Made by a program: the position numbers and the translations under genes
Shown here: in pieces, positions 1 to 11,309 of the stretch
Position numbering within the stretch: position 1 is the stretch's first letter
Layout of the letters: each line of letters begins with the position of its first letter
NCBI GenBank assembly: GCA_963771175.1
Contig: CAVYSY010000031.1
Span: 192,001 to 256,000, forward strand
Length of the DNA stretch: 64,000 nt
Source of the DNA: an uncultured delta proteobacterium
GTDB taxonomy: Bacteria; Myxococcota; Myxococcia; Myxococcales; Myxococcaceae
Direction of reading: 5' to 3'
The notes under the pieces: model-generated
Database searches by the model: none
Seen by the model: the letters and a program-made list of their open reading frames with translations, nothing else
Told to the model about the DNA's origin: nothing

Positions 1-1
1 C

Positions 2-820
2 GTGGTGAACGGCAAGGCAGTCCTCAGCCGCTATTCCATCCTCGAGACCGTCCACTACACCTACGCCTTCCCCGAGGAGGCGCGTCAGGCGGCCATCGCC
101 CGCCAGGGCTTCGTCGGCGAGCTGGACGAGGACCGCGGCGCGATCTTCACGCTGCTCGACGTGCGCGGCCAGAAGCTCGCCCTCTACAACGTCCACCACA
201 CGCTGGGCGACAGCGGCATCAACGCCGGCCAGCTCTGGCAACTCCAGGCCGTACTGCACGCGCTCTACGGCGTGCCCACCATCGCCCTGGGCGACTTCAA
301 CGCCAACATCAACGTCAAGCACCACTACTCGCTGCTGCCCAACCCGATGCGCAGGCACGAGCCCACCGAGACGGTGCGGGACTACGAGCACCGCTACGGT
401 GACGTGCACCCCAGCGTGGGTGACTGGGGCGTGGGCAACATCGCCGACCTCCGCGTGCGCCGCGCGCTGCACGCCCTGGAGCACGAGCTGCCCGACCCGC
501 TCCACCGCGCCCGCGAGCTGCGCGTGCGCATGCCGGATGGCTCCCACATGACGCCCACCCAGGCCCGCGAGCTGCTCGTGGCCCACAAGGTGGAGAAGGG
601 CCGCGAGCAGTGGCTGCGCCTCCAGGACGTGGCCGACATGTCCACCCTCAACGCCCTGCCCGACGAGACCGGCGTGCCCCCCGCCACCGGCAAGCGCTTC
701 GACACCTTCTTCGCCTCCCGCCACCTCGAGCCCCTGCTGCTGGAGGTGGACCACTCCACCGAGGCGTCCGACCACCTGCCCTCCCTCGCCGACTTCCTCC
801 TGCACGAGACCCGCCACTGA
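2..820 (+). CDS. Endonuclease/exonuclease/phosphatase (EEP) family protein, 5'-truncated by the window edge
   Basis: EEP motifs: N-G-x-A-V-L-S-R-Y, YNVH, LGDFN, RFD and C-terminal SDHLP. Confidence 0.8.
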   Translation: MVNGKAVLSRYSILETVHYTYAFPEEARQAAIARQGFVGELDEDRGAIFTLLDVRGQKLALYNVHHTLGDSGINAGQLWQLQAVLHALYGVPTIALGDFNANINVKHHYSLLPNPMRRHEPTETVRDYEHRYGDVHPSVGDWGVGNIADLRVRRALHALEHELPDPLHRARELRVRMPDGSHMTPTQARELLVAHKVEKGREQWLRLQDVADMSTLNALPDETGVPPATGKRFDTFFASRHLEPLLLEVDHSTEASDHLPSLADFLLHETRH

Positions 821-892
821 GACGGCCCTGGTGGGGACGGCGGCTTCCTGATGAAGTCGCCCCTCCCCACCTCCCTGGAGGAGAACCGTCCC

Positions 893-1627
893 GTGGTCCG
901 ACTCTTCGTCCCGCTCCCGGCGCCCGCCCCCACCGAGGTGACGCTCTCCGGCGAGCGACGCCACTACCTCGTCCACGTCCTGCGGCTCGGCGAGGGCGCC
1001 TCGCTCGAGGTCTTCGATGGCTCGGGCAGCGCCTTCGACGCGCGCGTGGCCTCCCTGGACGAGGACTCGGTGCGCCTCGTGCTCGGCCCGGCCCGGCAGG
1101 CCCCTCCCCGGCGCCAGGTGGGCATCCTCCAGGGGCTCCCCAAGGGAGACAAGCTGGAGCTCATCCTCCAGAAGGGCACCGAGCTGGGCGCCACCTCCTT
1201 CCACCCCGTGGCCGCCGCGCGCAGCGTGGTGAAGCTCGAGCCCAAGCGCGCCGAGGAGCGCACCTCCCGCTGGAACAAAATCGTCGAGGAGGCCGCCCGC
1301 CAGTGCCGGCGCAACGACGTGCCCCTCGTCCACCCGCCTCGCCCCTTGCTGGAGGCGGCCCGCGCGCTCGCTCCCGGCACCACCCTGCTGGTGCTCGACG
1401 AGGAGGAGTCCGCCGTGCCGCTCGGCGAGGCCTTCCGGGCCGCCGCTCCCGGTGCCCCCGTGGCCCTCGTGGTGGGTCCCGAGGGCGGGCTGTCCCGCGA
1501 GGAAGTCACCGCGCTCCGGGCGCTCGGCGCGCGCCCCGTCACCCTCGGCCGGCTCATCCTCCGCACCGAGACGGCCGCGCTCGCCGCCCTCGCGGTGATG
1601 GCCCACCTGGATGGGGAGCTCGGCTAG
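893..1627 (+). CDS. rsmE: 16S rRNA m3U1498 methyltransferase RsmE
   Basis: [59 protein letters not shown] before GTG at 893. Confidence 0.95.
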   Translation: MVRLFVPLPAPAPTEVTLSGERRHYLVHVLRLGEGASLEVFDGSGSAFDARVASLDEDSVRLVLGPARQAPPRRQVGILQGLPKGDKLELILQKGTELGATSFHPVAAARSVVKLEPKRAEERTSRWNKIVEEAARQCRRNDVPLVHPPRPLLEAARALAPGTTLLVLDEEESAVPLGEAFRAAAPGAPVALVVGPEGGLSREEVTALRALGARPVTLGRLILRTETAALAALAVMAHLDGELG

Positions 1628-1756
1628 GGAAGCCCGGTCAGGCGCCGAGTGGACGAGCCCCCGGCCCCCAACGGCTGCCCACCCCGCACCGGCGGCCCTA
1701 TGTTCCCTCCACGACAGCAACGTCTTCCCGACGTCCAAAGAGAGGGAGCGGCACTC

Positions 1757-2023
1757 ATGGACTTCTTCGCCTACAGCGTCATCGGGCTCATCGTGGGCGT
1801 CATCGTGCGGGTCGCCCTGCCCCCAGCACCGCAGGTGGGGTTCCTGGGCAGCGTGTTGCTCGGTCTGGTGGGAGGCCTCGCGGGAGGCCTCCTCGGCGCG
1901 ATGCTGGCCCCGAGCGGGGTGAGCGATCGCATCGAGCCGCTGGGCATCGCATTGGCCCTCGTCCTCTCGACCGTGGTCACGGTCGGGGTGACCCTGATCA
2001 CCCGCCGCCGTCGCTTCGGCTGA
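1757..2023 (+). CDS. GlsB/YeaQ/YmgE (transglycosylase-associated) small membrane protein
   Basis: Three hydrophobic Gly-rich helices (IGLIVGVIVR...LGLVGGLAGG); GGGAG SD before ATG 1757. Confidence 0.75.
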   Translation: MDFFAYSVIGLIVGVIVRVALPPAPQVGFLGSVLLGLVGGLAGGLLGAMLAPSGVSDRIEPLGIALALVLSTVVTVGVTLITRRRRFG

Positions 2024-2146
2024 GCCCGGATCGTCGGCTCTCCGACGGCCTCCAGGCGAGGAACCCCGGCCTCCGGTGGTTTTCTTGCCCCGGACTCCGA
2101 GAGGGCGTTTCATGGTGCTACAGCCTTCTCCAGACTGGAGGAACCG

Positions 2147-3475
2147 TTGTCCAAGTGCCTGAAGTGCGGAGCTCCGCTGCCGCCTGTAGGGGACTGCCCC
2201 ACCTGCGCCGCCGCCTCCCAGCACGCGGCCCGGGCCGTCCCGAGTCTGTTGGATAAGGACATCCTGATCGACCGCCGCCGCCCGGATCGCGACGCGTCGG
2301 CAACGGCTCCCGTCCCGCCTCCCGCCGCTCCCATCACGCCCCCAGGCATGACCGCCCGCGCCCCGGTGCCTCCCGGGATGTCCCCGGCGGCCCCCCAGGC
2401 GCCGCGACCGCCAGCTCCGGCCGCGCCTCGCGCCCAGGCGCCCTCGGCTCCGGGACTGCCGGTGATGCCCCCTCGCCCACCCGCGCCGGCCGGCGCTCCG
2501 GTCGCGCAGAGGGGACAGCCTCCGCAAGCGCCCGCCATGCCGTCGGCGCACGCGCTCCGGCCCCAGCCCGCGCCCGCCCAGGCCGTCGCACCCCGCCCTC
2601 CGGCCCCCTCGGCGCCGCCTCCGCAGGCCCCCGCCTTCAACCTCCCCGGCGTCGCCGCTCCGGCCCCGCGCACGAACACCCCGAGCATGGGTGTTCCAAC
2701 GGTCTCGGCACCGCAGCCCGCCCCCACCCCGGGCCTGCCCGTGATGCCCCCTCGCGCGCCCGCCGCGCCTGGCCTCCCCCATGTGCCGGCGGCGAAGGCC
2801 GCTCCCGTGCCGCTGGACCTGAGCGCGCCCGAGGAGGAGTCCTTCTCGGTCGACGTCGATGATGCGGCCGAGCCCGTCGCGCCCGTCGCTCCGCCCGTGG
2901 TCGCCACCGTCGCGCCGTCCCCGCGCCCGACGACCCCGCGCCCGCGCCCGTGAAGACGGCTCCCGCGAAGACGCTCCCGGTGTCTGCCGAGAGCCGGGGT
3001 GACGGAGGTCCACGCGCGCCCGGCCTCGCTCTGGCGCCGGCTGCTGGCCTTCACCGTCGACACCGGCGCCATCGCCGGGGTGGCCGCGCTCTACCTCATG
3101 CTCGCCTCCTCCGTGGCCGGCGTGCACGCGCCCGCGACGGGCCTGTCCGGTCTCGACGCCCTCATCGTCCAGATGCACGCGCTCCAGGCCGTGCTGGTCC
3201 CCGGCGTCGTGCTCGTCCTGGTGCTGTCGCTCGTCTACTGCGCCGTGGCCGCCTTCCTCTGGAACGGACGCACGCTGGGCCGGCGTCTGCTCGGTCTGCG
3301 GCTCGTGGACACCCACGGGCTCGCACCGGCTCCTGGTCGTGCCATGGTGCGCGCCGTGCTCGCGAGCCTGTCGTTCGGCCTCTTCCTGGCCGGCTTCTGG
3401 ATGGCGCTCTTCGACCGCCGCGGCCAGACGCTGCACGACAAGCTCACGTCCACGTACGTCGTGCAGCCGAGCTAG
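2147..3475 (+). CDS. Zn-ribbon / Pro-rich / RDD-domain membrane protein (one probable frameshift near 2940)
   Basis: N-terminal CxxC-x9-CxxC, long Pro/Ala linker, RDD motifs ASLWRRLLAFTVD, GRTLGRRLLGLRLV, QTLHDKLTSTYVV in ORF 2999-3475; GGAGG SD before TTG 2147. Confidence 0.75.
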
Positions 3476-3709
3476 CCCGATGCAGCGCCAGTAGGGTTGC
3501 CTGCCAGCCCACCCGCAAGTGAGGGTCCAGGAGAGCAGGCAGGCAACGCCCCCTGCCCCATGCCCCCCACTCCTGGCCAACGGAGAAGTGCTAGAAGTCT
3601 CCGCCCAGAACGCCCCAACCCCTTCTGAGCGGAGGACCGGCAGGACACCTGGGTCTTTAGAAGGATTCGTTGTGCCTGCCGGCCGCGGCTTTAAGATGCC
3701 GCGTCCCCC

Positions 3710-6342
3710 ATGCCTTCCCATCTTGCCCAAACCCTGATCGCGCAAGGCCTCCTCCCCGCAGGACAAGGCCGAGGAAGCCTTGCGTCACCAGGCGGCGCAG
3801 GGTGGCTCCATCGACACCGCGCTGCTGGAGCGCCGGCTCGTGGCCCCGAGCCCGCAGGTGCTCCACGCACTCGGAGAGGCATCGGGGCTGCCGGCCGGTC
3901 AACCTCGCCGACTTCGAGCCCAACACCGGACGTCGCCTCCTTCATCCCGCCGAAGATCGCCGAGCGCCTGTGCGTGGTGCCGCTGTCCCTCGACGGCAGC
4001 ACCCTGCACGTGGCCTGCGGCTACCCGGTACCGCAGGAAGGAGCTCGACGAGGTGGGCTTCCTCCTCGGCAAGCCGCTCGAGCTGTGGGTGGCCATCGAG
4101 GCTCGCGTCCGCGAGTGGATCTCCGTCATCTACCGGCAGCCGCTCGCCCAGCGCTACACCCACATCCTCGCCTCGCTCGACCCGGAGAAGAATGACGCGG
4201 CGGCTCCGGCCGCTCCGGTGGCGGCCCAGCCGCAACAGCCCGCTCCAACGCCGCCTCCTCCGGCGCCGAAGCCCGCGGCATCGGAGGAGGCCTCCCTCAC
4301 CCTGGAGCTGGTCGGAGCGGCTGGCGCGCTCCGTCGCCAGTGAGCCCGTCGCGCTCGAGAGAGCGCCCGCCGCCCCGCAGAACGCGCGCCGTGGCGCCCC
4401 CCGCCCAGCCTCAGCGGGCCGCGCCCGCCCGTGCAGCCGCCTCCTCCGGCGACGGCTCCCTCCGCGCCCGCGCCGAGTGCCGTGCCGCCTCCGGCCTTCG
4501 TCCGGGAGCCGCTGCGCCTGAACATGCCCGAGTCCGCGCGCCCCGCGGCTCCGTCCCAGGCCCAGCCCCCGCAGCGCCCGAGCCCCCGGCACCAGTCGCC
4601 GCCCGTCCGACGGCTCCACCGCAGCCGCAGGCCCAGCCCGCCCCGGCCGCGCCCCCGCAGCCCGTCGCAGCAGCCGCCCGCGCCGCAGCCCGTCGCCTCC
4701 GCCGGAGGTCCCCAGCCGCGCCCGAAGCTCGAGCCGCGCGTGCCCGAGACTCCCGCGCAGCAGTCCGCCCGGGACGAGGTGCCCGAGTGGACGCTCACCC
4801 AGGCGCGCGCCGCCCTCAAGGAGTCCACGAAGGATCGCGATCGCCTCATGGACACCGCCCTGCGCTTCGGGCGCCGCACCTTCGACTACGTGTGCCGCGT
4901 TCGCCGTGCTGCGCGGCGCGGCCGTGGGCTGGGACGCGCGCGGCGAGGGCCTGGGCGGTCGACAAGCTCTCGCAGGTGTCCGTTCCGCTCGACGCCTCCA
5001 GCGTCTTCCGCACCGTGGCCATCACCCGCGGCAGCTACGCGGGCCCCATGCCGCCGGACAGCCTGACGAAGCACTACCTGGAGCTGTTCGGCCGCCAGCC
5101 GCCCCGCACCCTCTTCCTCTACCCGGTGGAGGTGCGCGGCCGGCTCGTGGCCATCCTCTACGGGGACTGCGGCCAGAAGCCCATCAGCCAGCGCCGCCTG
5201 TCGGACTTCATCCTGTTCTGCCAGGACATGCCCGGCGCCTTCCAGGAGCTCATCCTCTTCCGCAAGCAGCGTCTGGGCGAGCTGCGCAACACGCTGGACT
5301 TCGACGTGGACGTGGAGGACGCGCCCGCCGCCAGCCCAGCACGCCCGCGAACGCGCCCCCCACCCCCGCCATGGCCGCGGGCCTGGGGTGGAGCCCCTTC
5401 GTCACGCGCTCCGCCAGCGCGCTGGGCCGCGCCGCCGCCATGGCGCCGCTGCGTCATGTCCCAGGAGGAGCGCCCGCCGCCGGACTTCGGCCCCCTCCTC
5501 AAGCGCCTCACCGGCCCGGACGCCGACCAGCGCTCGAGCGCCATGGCCGAGCTGGCGCGCTCGCCCGAGGCCAGCGCCAAGGTGCTCGCCACCCACTTCC
5601 CCGGCCCCACCGCGTGGAGCCGCCTGCCGGTGGTGGAGCTGCCCGAGGCGGACGAGCTCGGCCCCATCCCCGGCGCCCTCTCGCGGCTCGGCCGGCCCGC
5701 GGCCCAGGTGCTCGGCGCCGCTGCTGGACTCGAGCGACGCGGACACCCGCTACTTCGCGCTCCTCACCGCGGGCAGCCTGCCCTTCGTGGAGCTGGTGGA
5801 CGGCGTGCTGCGCGGCCTCTTCGACTACGAGCCGGACATCTCCAGCGCCGCGCGCGTGGCCGCCGCCGCCCTCAAGCACCTGCCCCGCCTGGACGCCGCC
5901 AAGAAGGACCTGCGCCAGGAGCTCACCAGCCGGGACGCGCTGCGCCGCTCGCTGGCCGCGCGCGCCCTGGGCACGCTGCACGACCGCGACGCCATCGAGG
6001 GCCTCATCAACCTCACCGGCAGCGACGACGAGATGTGCGCCCAGGCCGCCGCCGAGGCCCTGCGCGAGGTGACGCGCGCCACGATTCGGCCTGGACAAGC
6101 GCGCGTGGACGGTGTGGTGGGCGGACAACCGGCAGCGCCGCCGCGCGGACTGGCTGGTGGCCGCGCTGCGCCACCCGGAGCTGGACATCCGCCTGGCCGC
6201 CATCGAGGAGCTCAGCCGCGTCCTCAGCGACACGCTGGGCTACTACGCCGACGCCCCCGAGCCCGAGCGCGAGGCCGCCGTGCGCCGGTGGGAGGCCGCG
6301 GTGGCGGACCCGTCGAGGGCCCGCCGGCTGGCCCTGCTGTAG
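3710..6342 (+). CDS. frgA: FrgA-like protein: GspE/PilB N-terminal (T2SSE_N-like) domain, Pro-rich linker, GAF-like region, HEAT repeats; many frameshifts
   Basis: Stitched frames give LAQTLIAQGLL...IPPKIAERLCVVPL...ELDEVGFLLGKPLELWVA, then YPVEVRGRLVAILYGD, then HEAT repeats (AARALGTLHDRDAIEGLI). Span is about 880 codons. Precedes a histidine kinase and an NtrC-type regulator, as in the M. xanthus frgABC locus. Confidence 0.7.
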
Positions 6343-6363
6343 CGCGACCGTGACGAGGGGGCG

Positions 6364-7908
6364 ATGACGAGCCAGGCGTGGATCAGCCTCGGGGCCTGCG
6401 CGGGGCTGCTGGCGCTGGGGGGAATGGCCCTGGTGCGCGTGGGGCGCAGCGCGCCGGCACTCCCGCTGTCGGTGCTGTCCATCGGCCTGTCCACCTGGAA
6501 CTTCGCCGACTTCGCCCTGGCGCACTCGGGCGAGCCGGGCTGGCGCCTCATCGCCATGACGGCGGCGCTGATGAGTGCCCCGTCCGCGTTCCACTTCATC
6601 CTCTCCTTCGTGGGCGAGCGGCGCCGGCTGGCCGCGGTGATGTTCTCCGCGTACGGCGTCTTTGGAGCGCTGGCGGCCACGTCGCTGGCGGGGCTGGGCT
6701 CGGCGCGCGTGGCGGCGGCGGTGGGCTCGCGCGGCTTCGCGGTGACGGTGCTGGCGCTCAGCGGGCCACTGCTGCTCGGCGGCTTCGGCCTGCTCACCCT
6801 GCACCTGCGCCGCGAGGTGCGCACCACCGAGCGCACGCGGGCGGGCCTGCTCCTCACGAGCCTGGCGCTGCTGGTGACGCTGCTGGGCACGGACCTCGTC
6901 GCGGTGCTGGGCACGGACGTGCCACGCCTGGGCAACCTGGGCACGCTGCTGGGCCTGCCGGCCATCGCGGTGGTGGCCCTGCGCCTGCGCCTCTTCGGAC
7001 GGGAGCTGTCCAACGCCCATGCCATGTCCGCGGTGCTGCTGGCGCTGATGGGCGTGCTCTCCTACCTCGCCGTCTTCCAGCTCTTCGCCGCGCAGTACGG
7101 CGCGCTGGTGGTGGGGACGGTCGCCATCACCCTGGCGCTGCTGGCCGCCACGCGCCGGGCCGTCATCGCCTTCGTCACCCAGCGCGAGCGGCTGGAGAAC
7201 CTCGCCACCCTGGGCCGCTTCTCCGCGCAGATGGCGCATGACCTGAAGAACCCCATCGCCGCGCTCAAGGGCGCCGCGCAGTACCTCAAGGAGGAGCACG
7301 CGCGGGGGCAGTCCTGGAACGACAAGGGCGAGTTCCTCGACCTGCTGCTGGAGCAGGTGGAGCGGCTGGATCGGGTGGTGAGCACCTACCAGCGCCTGGG
7401 CCGGGTGGAGCCGCTGCTGCAGCCGCTGGACCTGAACCAACTGGTGGCGAGTGTCCTGTCCCTGCAGTCCTTCACCGGCCGCCCCGAGGTGCAACTGCGA
7501 CGCGAGCTCGCGACGGAGCTGCCGCGCTGCTCGGGGGACTGGGATCTGCTGGCCAACGCGCTGGAGAACCTCGTGCGCAACGCCTTCGAGGCCATGCCGC
7601 GCGGGGGTGCGCTCACCGTCCGGACCCAGCTCGAGGGCACGGGCGTGGTGCTCTCGGTGGAGGACACGGGCGAGGGGATGAACGCGCGCACCCGCGAGCG
7701 GGCCTTCGACGACTTCTACACCACCAAGGCCACGGGAAGCGGGCTGGGGCTCGCCTTCGTGCGGCGGGTGGTGGAGGCCCACGGCGGACAGGTGACGCTG
7801 ACGAGCCACGAGGGACGAGGCACCCTCGTGCGAATCCGCCTGCCAGCCTCCGACGTGCCCGCCAGTGCTACCGTAGGAGGAGAGGGAGCCCCCTGGCCGA
7901 GCCCCTGA
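6364..7908 (+). CDS. frgB: Membrane sensor histidine kinase (FrgB-like)
   Basis: Multi-TM N-terminus; H-box AHDLKNP, N-box NLVRNAFEA, DTGEG, F-box, GSGLGL. Confidence 0.85.
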   Translation: MTSQAWISLGACAGLLALGGMALVRVGRSAPALPLSVLSIGLSTWNFADFALAHSGEPGWRLIAMTAALMSAPSAFHFILSFVGERRRLAAVMFSAYGVFGALAATSLAGLGSARVAAAVGSRGFAVTVLALSGPLLLGGFGLLTLHLRREVRTTERTRAGLLLTSLALLVTLLGTDLVAVLGTDVPRLGNLGTLLGLPAIAVVALRLRLFGRELSNAHAMSAVLLALMGVLSYLAVFQLFAAQYGALVVGTVAITLALLAATRRAVIAFVTQRERLENLATLGRFSAQMAHDLKNPIAALKGAAQYLKEEHARGQSWNDKGEFLDLLLEQVERLDRVVSTYQRLGRVEPLLQPLDLNQLVASVLSLQSFTGRPEVQLRRELATELPRCSGDWDLLANALENLVRNAFEAMPRGGALTVRTQLEGTGVVLSVEDTGEGMNARTRERAFDDFYTTKATGSGLGLAFVRRVVEAHGGQVTLTSHEGRGTLVRIRLPASDVPASATVGGEGAPWPSP

Positions 7909-7953
7909 ACATGAACGACACGCCCCACCTCCGCCCCAGCCCGTGAGTCCTCC

Positions 7954-9225
7954 GTGATCGAATCCGAAGCGGTCCTCCCCGCGGCCGCCCCTGAAGAGCG
8001 TTGGTCCTGGCCTCCCCTGTTCGGCCTGCTCGAGGTCCAGTTCGGCGCCGCCGTCGGCTTCCTACAGACGGCCGTGCCCTACTGGCTGGCGAAGGACGGC
8101 ATGCCGCTCGCCGAGATTGGCCTGCTGTCCGGCACCGCCTTCTCGCCCCATGCCTGGAAGCTGTTGTGGGTGCCGCTCATCGACCTCGGCCCGTGGCGGC
8201 GCATCTGGTACGGCGTCTCCACGCTGCTCACCGCGCTGCTCCTCCTGGCGTGCGCGCTGCTGCCCGATCCGTCGCGGAACCTCGGGCTCTACACGCTGCT
8301 GCTCACCGGCCTGCAAGCGACGGCGTCCACGGCGCACGCGGCGCTCAACGGCCTGATGGCCATCTCCACGCGCATCGAGGACAAGGGCCGCACCGGCGGA
8401 TGGCAGATGGCCGGCAACGTGGGCGCCACGAGCCTGCTCGGCGCCCTCACCATCGGGCTCGCCAGCGCCTTCTCCCGGCAGGTCGCCGGCATCGTACTGG
8501 CCACCCTCGTGCTCGTGAGCGGGGCGGGCATCTTCTGGATCGTCGAGCGCCAGGGCGCCAGGACCGAGCGGGCCCCCGTGCTGCGCGCCGCCTGGGAGCG
8601 CGTGAAGGGCATCGTGTCCGACCTCTTCCACACCGCCTTCAGCCGTGACGGGCTCATCCTGCTGGTGCTGTGCCTCATGCCGGTGAGCTGCGGCGCGCTC
8701 ACCAACCTCTTCAGCGCGATGGCGGGCGACTACCAGGTCCCCGAGCACATGGTGGAGCTGGTGAACGGCCTGGGCATGGGCATCGCCGGCGCGCTCGGCT
8801 CGCTGGCGGGCGGCTGGATGTCGGACCGCATGAACCGCAAGCTCAACTACGCGCTGATGGGCGGCGCCACGGGGCTGTGTGCTCTCGCCATGGCGGCCGC
8901 GCCGATGACCCAGACGACGTACATCTGGGGCACGCTCGCCTACGCCTTCGCCAATGGCGCGTCCTACGCGGCCTTCGCCGGCATGGTGCTGGAGATGGTC
9001 AGCGAGGGAGCGGCGGTGACAACCAAGTACACGCTCTTCGTCGCGGCCTCGAACCTCGCCATCAGCTACGTCACCGCGCTCGACGGCAACGCGTCGAACT
9101 TCCGGGGCCTTGGCACCCGCGCGAGCGTCGCGTTCGACGGCCTCATCACCTTCGCGGGCATCTCGGTGGTGGTGGTGATCTTCCTGCTCTTCCTGCGCAA
9201 GAAGCCCCAGCCCGCGGCCGCTTGA
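7954..9225 (+). CDS. MFS transporter, AmpG-like
   Basis: About 12 TM segments; PHAWKLLWVPLID and GGWMSDRMNRK MFS motifs. Confidence 0.8.
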   Translation: MIESEAVLPAAAPEERWSWPPLFGLLEVQFGAAVGFLQTAVPYWLAKDGMPLAEIGLLSGTAFSPHAWKLLWVPLIDLGPWRRIWYGVSTLLTALLLLACALLPDPSRNLGLYTLLLTGLQATASTAHAALNGLMAISTRIEDKGRTGGWQMAGNVGATSLLGALTIGLASAFSRQVAGIVLATLVLVSGAGIFWIVERQGARTERAPVLRAAWERVKGIVSDLFHTAFSRDGLILLVLCLMPVSCGALTNLFSAMAGDYQVPEHMVELVNGLGMGIAGALGSLAGGWMSDRMNRKLNYALMGGATGLCALAMAAAPMTQTTYIWGTLAYAFANGASYAAFAGMVLEMVSEGAAVTTKYTLFVAASNLAISYVTALDGNASNFRGLGTRASVAFDGLITFAGISVVVVIFLLFLRKKPQPAAA

Positions 9226-9310
9226 GATGACCTGGAGCTTCAGATTCGCTTAAGAAATGTCAGGGAGCATGAAAACCCCTCCCACTGTTCCACGACCAGG
9301 AGACCCCTCG

Positions 9311-9703
9311 ATGCTCCAACATTTCCGTCCGCTGCTGACTGCCCTGAGCGGTGCCGCCCTCCTGCTGCTTGGAGGCTGCGGGGAAGACACGGGCCCCACC
9401 GGCACCACCTGCCCGACCGGGGGCACGCAGCTCACCGCGCAGAACTTCGGCACGGCCTTCATGCAGCAGTACTGCACGCGCTGCCACAGCTCGACGCTCA
9501 GTGGCAGCGCACGCCAGGACGCCCCCGCGGACGTGAACGTCGACACCCTGGAGGGAATACGCGCGTCGGCGGGTGAGATCGACGAATGGACGGGCGCCGG
9601 CCCCGACCGGGAGAACACCGCGATGCCGGAGAACGGCCCCATGCCCACCACGGACGAGCGGCGCAAGCTCAGCGAGTGGCTGGCCTGCGGCGCGCCGCAG
9701 TAG
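9311..9703 (+). CDS. c-type cytochrome lipoprotein
   Basis: Lipobox LLGGC; CTRCH heme motif; TAMP distal Met; C-terminal WLACGAP. Confidence 0.75.
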   Translation: MLQHFRPLLTALSGAALLLLGGCGEDTGPTGTTCPTGGTQLTAQNFGTAFMQQYCTRCHSSTLSGSARQDAPADVNVDTLEGIRASAGEIDEWTGAGPDRENTAMPENGPMPTTDERRKLSEWLACGAPQ

Positions 9704-9814
9704 GCGGCCCACACGCGCCGTGCGGCCGGTGGAGTGCTCCAGCGGGAAGCAACGCTGACGGGCCAGGAGGGGTGCGCTACCATCGCGCCGCCCCGCACCA
9801 GGAGAAGGAGCACC

Positions 9815-11224
9815 GTGGCCGAGCTGCTGAAGGGAAACGTGTTGCTGGTGGATGACGACCCCGCCGTGGCCAAGGTGCTTGGCGCGCTGCTGGGCCAGGC
9901 GGGACTCACCGTGCACACGGCCACCCAGGGTCAGGAGGCGCTCGCCCTGCTGGGCCGCAAGCCCATCGACGTGGTGGTGAGCGACGTGCGCATGCCCGGC
10001 ATGAGCGGCATGGAGCTGCTCGCCGAGGTGGGGCGCTCCTGGCCGGACGTGCCCGTCATCCTCCTCACCGCGCACGGCACCGTGCCGCTGGCCGTGGAGG
10101 CCATGAAGGCCGGCGCCGCGGACTTCGCCCTCAAGCCCTTCGACCGGGAGGAGATCCTCTTCAGCATCCGCAAGGCGCTCCTGCGCGCGCAGCAGCAGCA
10201 GGAGGGCGCGCGCCCGCTGGTGAAGGAGGCCAACGGCTTCGTGGGTCACAGCAACGCCATGGCCCAGGTACAGGCGCTGCTGGGGCGGGCGGCGTCGGGC
10301 ACGGCCACGGTGCTGCTGCGCGGCGAGTCCGGCACGGGCAAGGAGCTGGCCGCCAAGGCGGTCCACGACGCCAGCCCCCGGCGCGGCGGCCCCTTCGTGA
10401 AGCTGCACTGCGCGGCGCTCCCGGACACCCTGCTGGAGAGCGAGCTGTTCGGCTACGAGAAGGGCGCCTTCACCGGAGCGGCCACCCGCAAGCCGGGCCG
10501 CGTGGAGCTGGCCAACGGGGGCACCCTCTTCCTCGACGAGATTGGCGACATCACCCCCCAGGTGCAGGTGAAGCTGCTGCGGCTGCTGCAGGAGCGCGAG
10601 TTCGAGCGGCTCGGCGGCACGCAGACGCTGAAGGTGGACGTGCGCTTCGTGGCGGCCACGCACCGCAACCTCGAGGAGATGGTGCGCAAGGGCGAGTTCC
10701 GCGAGGACCTCTTCTACCGGCTCAACGTGGTGCCGGTGTGGCTGCCCCCGCTGCGCGCCCGGCCCGAGGACATCGAGCCGCTCGTGCGCCACTTCCTCGA
10801 CGTCCACGCCAAGGCCAACGGCAAGTCGCCCTTCACCCTGATGCCGGAGGGGCTCGCCGCCCTCCAGGCCCAGCCGTGGCCCGGCAACGTGCGCCAGTTG
10901 CAGAACTTCATCGAGCGCCTGGTGGTGCTCTCCGACGGGCCCGTCATCACCGGCGATGACGTGTACCGCGAGGTCTCCCGGCAGCCGGGCATCGTCCCCT
11001 CGGCTCCGGCCCCCGCGCCGACCAGCGCCACCCCGAGCTCCCCCGCGATTGGAAGCACCGGCGGCGAGGGGCGCACCCTGGAGTCGCAACGCAAGGAGAT
11101 GGAGCGGCAGGCCCTGGTGGACGCGCTCGAGCGTGCCGGGGACAACCGCACCCTCGCCGCGCGCCTGCTCGGCATCAGCCGGCGCACCCTCTACAACAAG
11201 CTCGAGGAGCACGAGCTGGTGTGA
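9815..11224 (+). CDS. frgC: Sigma54-dependent NtrC-family response regulator (FrgC-like)
   Basis: REC domain (VDDD, SDVRMP), [34 protein letters not shown], Fis HTH; AGGAG SD before GTG 9815. Confidence 0.9.
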   Translation: MAELLKGNVLLVDDDPAVAKVLGALLGQAGLTVHTATQGQEALALLGRKPIDVVVSDVRMPGMSGMELLAEVGRSWPDVPVILLTAHGTVPLAVEAMKAGAADFALKPFDREEILFSIRKALLRAQQQQEGARPLVKEANGFVGHSNAMAQVQALLGRAASGTATVLLRGESGTGKELAAKAVHDASPRRGGPFVKLHCAALPDTLLESELFGYEKGAFTGAATRKPGRVELANGGTLFLDEIGDITPQVQVKLLRLLQEREFERLGGTQTLKVDVRFVAATHRNLEEMVRKGEFREDLFYRLNVVPVWLPPLRARPEDIEPLVRHFLDVHAKANGKSPFTLMPEGLAALQAQPWPGNVRQLQNFIERLVVLSDGPVITGDDVYREVSRQPGIVPSAPAPAPTSATPSSPAIGSTGGEGRTLESQRKEMERQALVDALERAGDNRTLAARLLGISRRTLYNKLEEHELV

Positions 11225-11309
11225 GGGCTGGCGGGGGCTGCGCCTCGAAGGACAGGAGCTCCAGCTCGCCGGTCCCGACGAGGGCTGAGCCCCTCCCCCG
11301 CCGCGTCAC

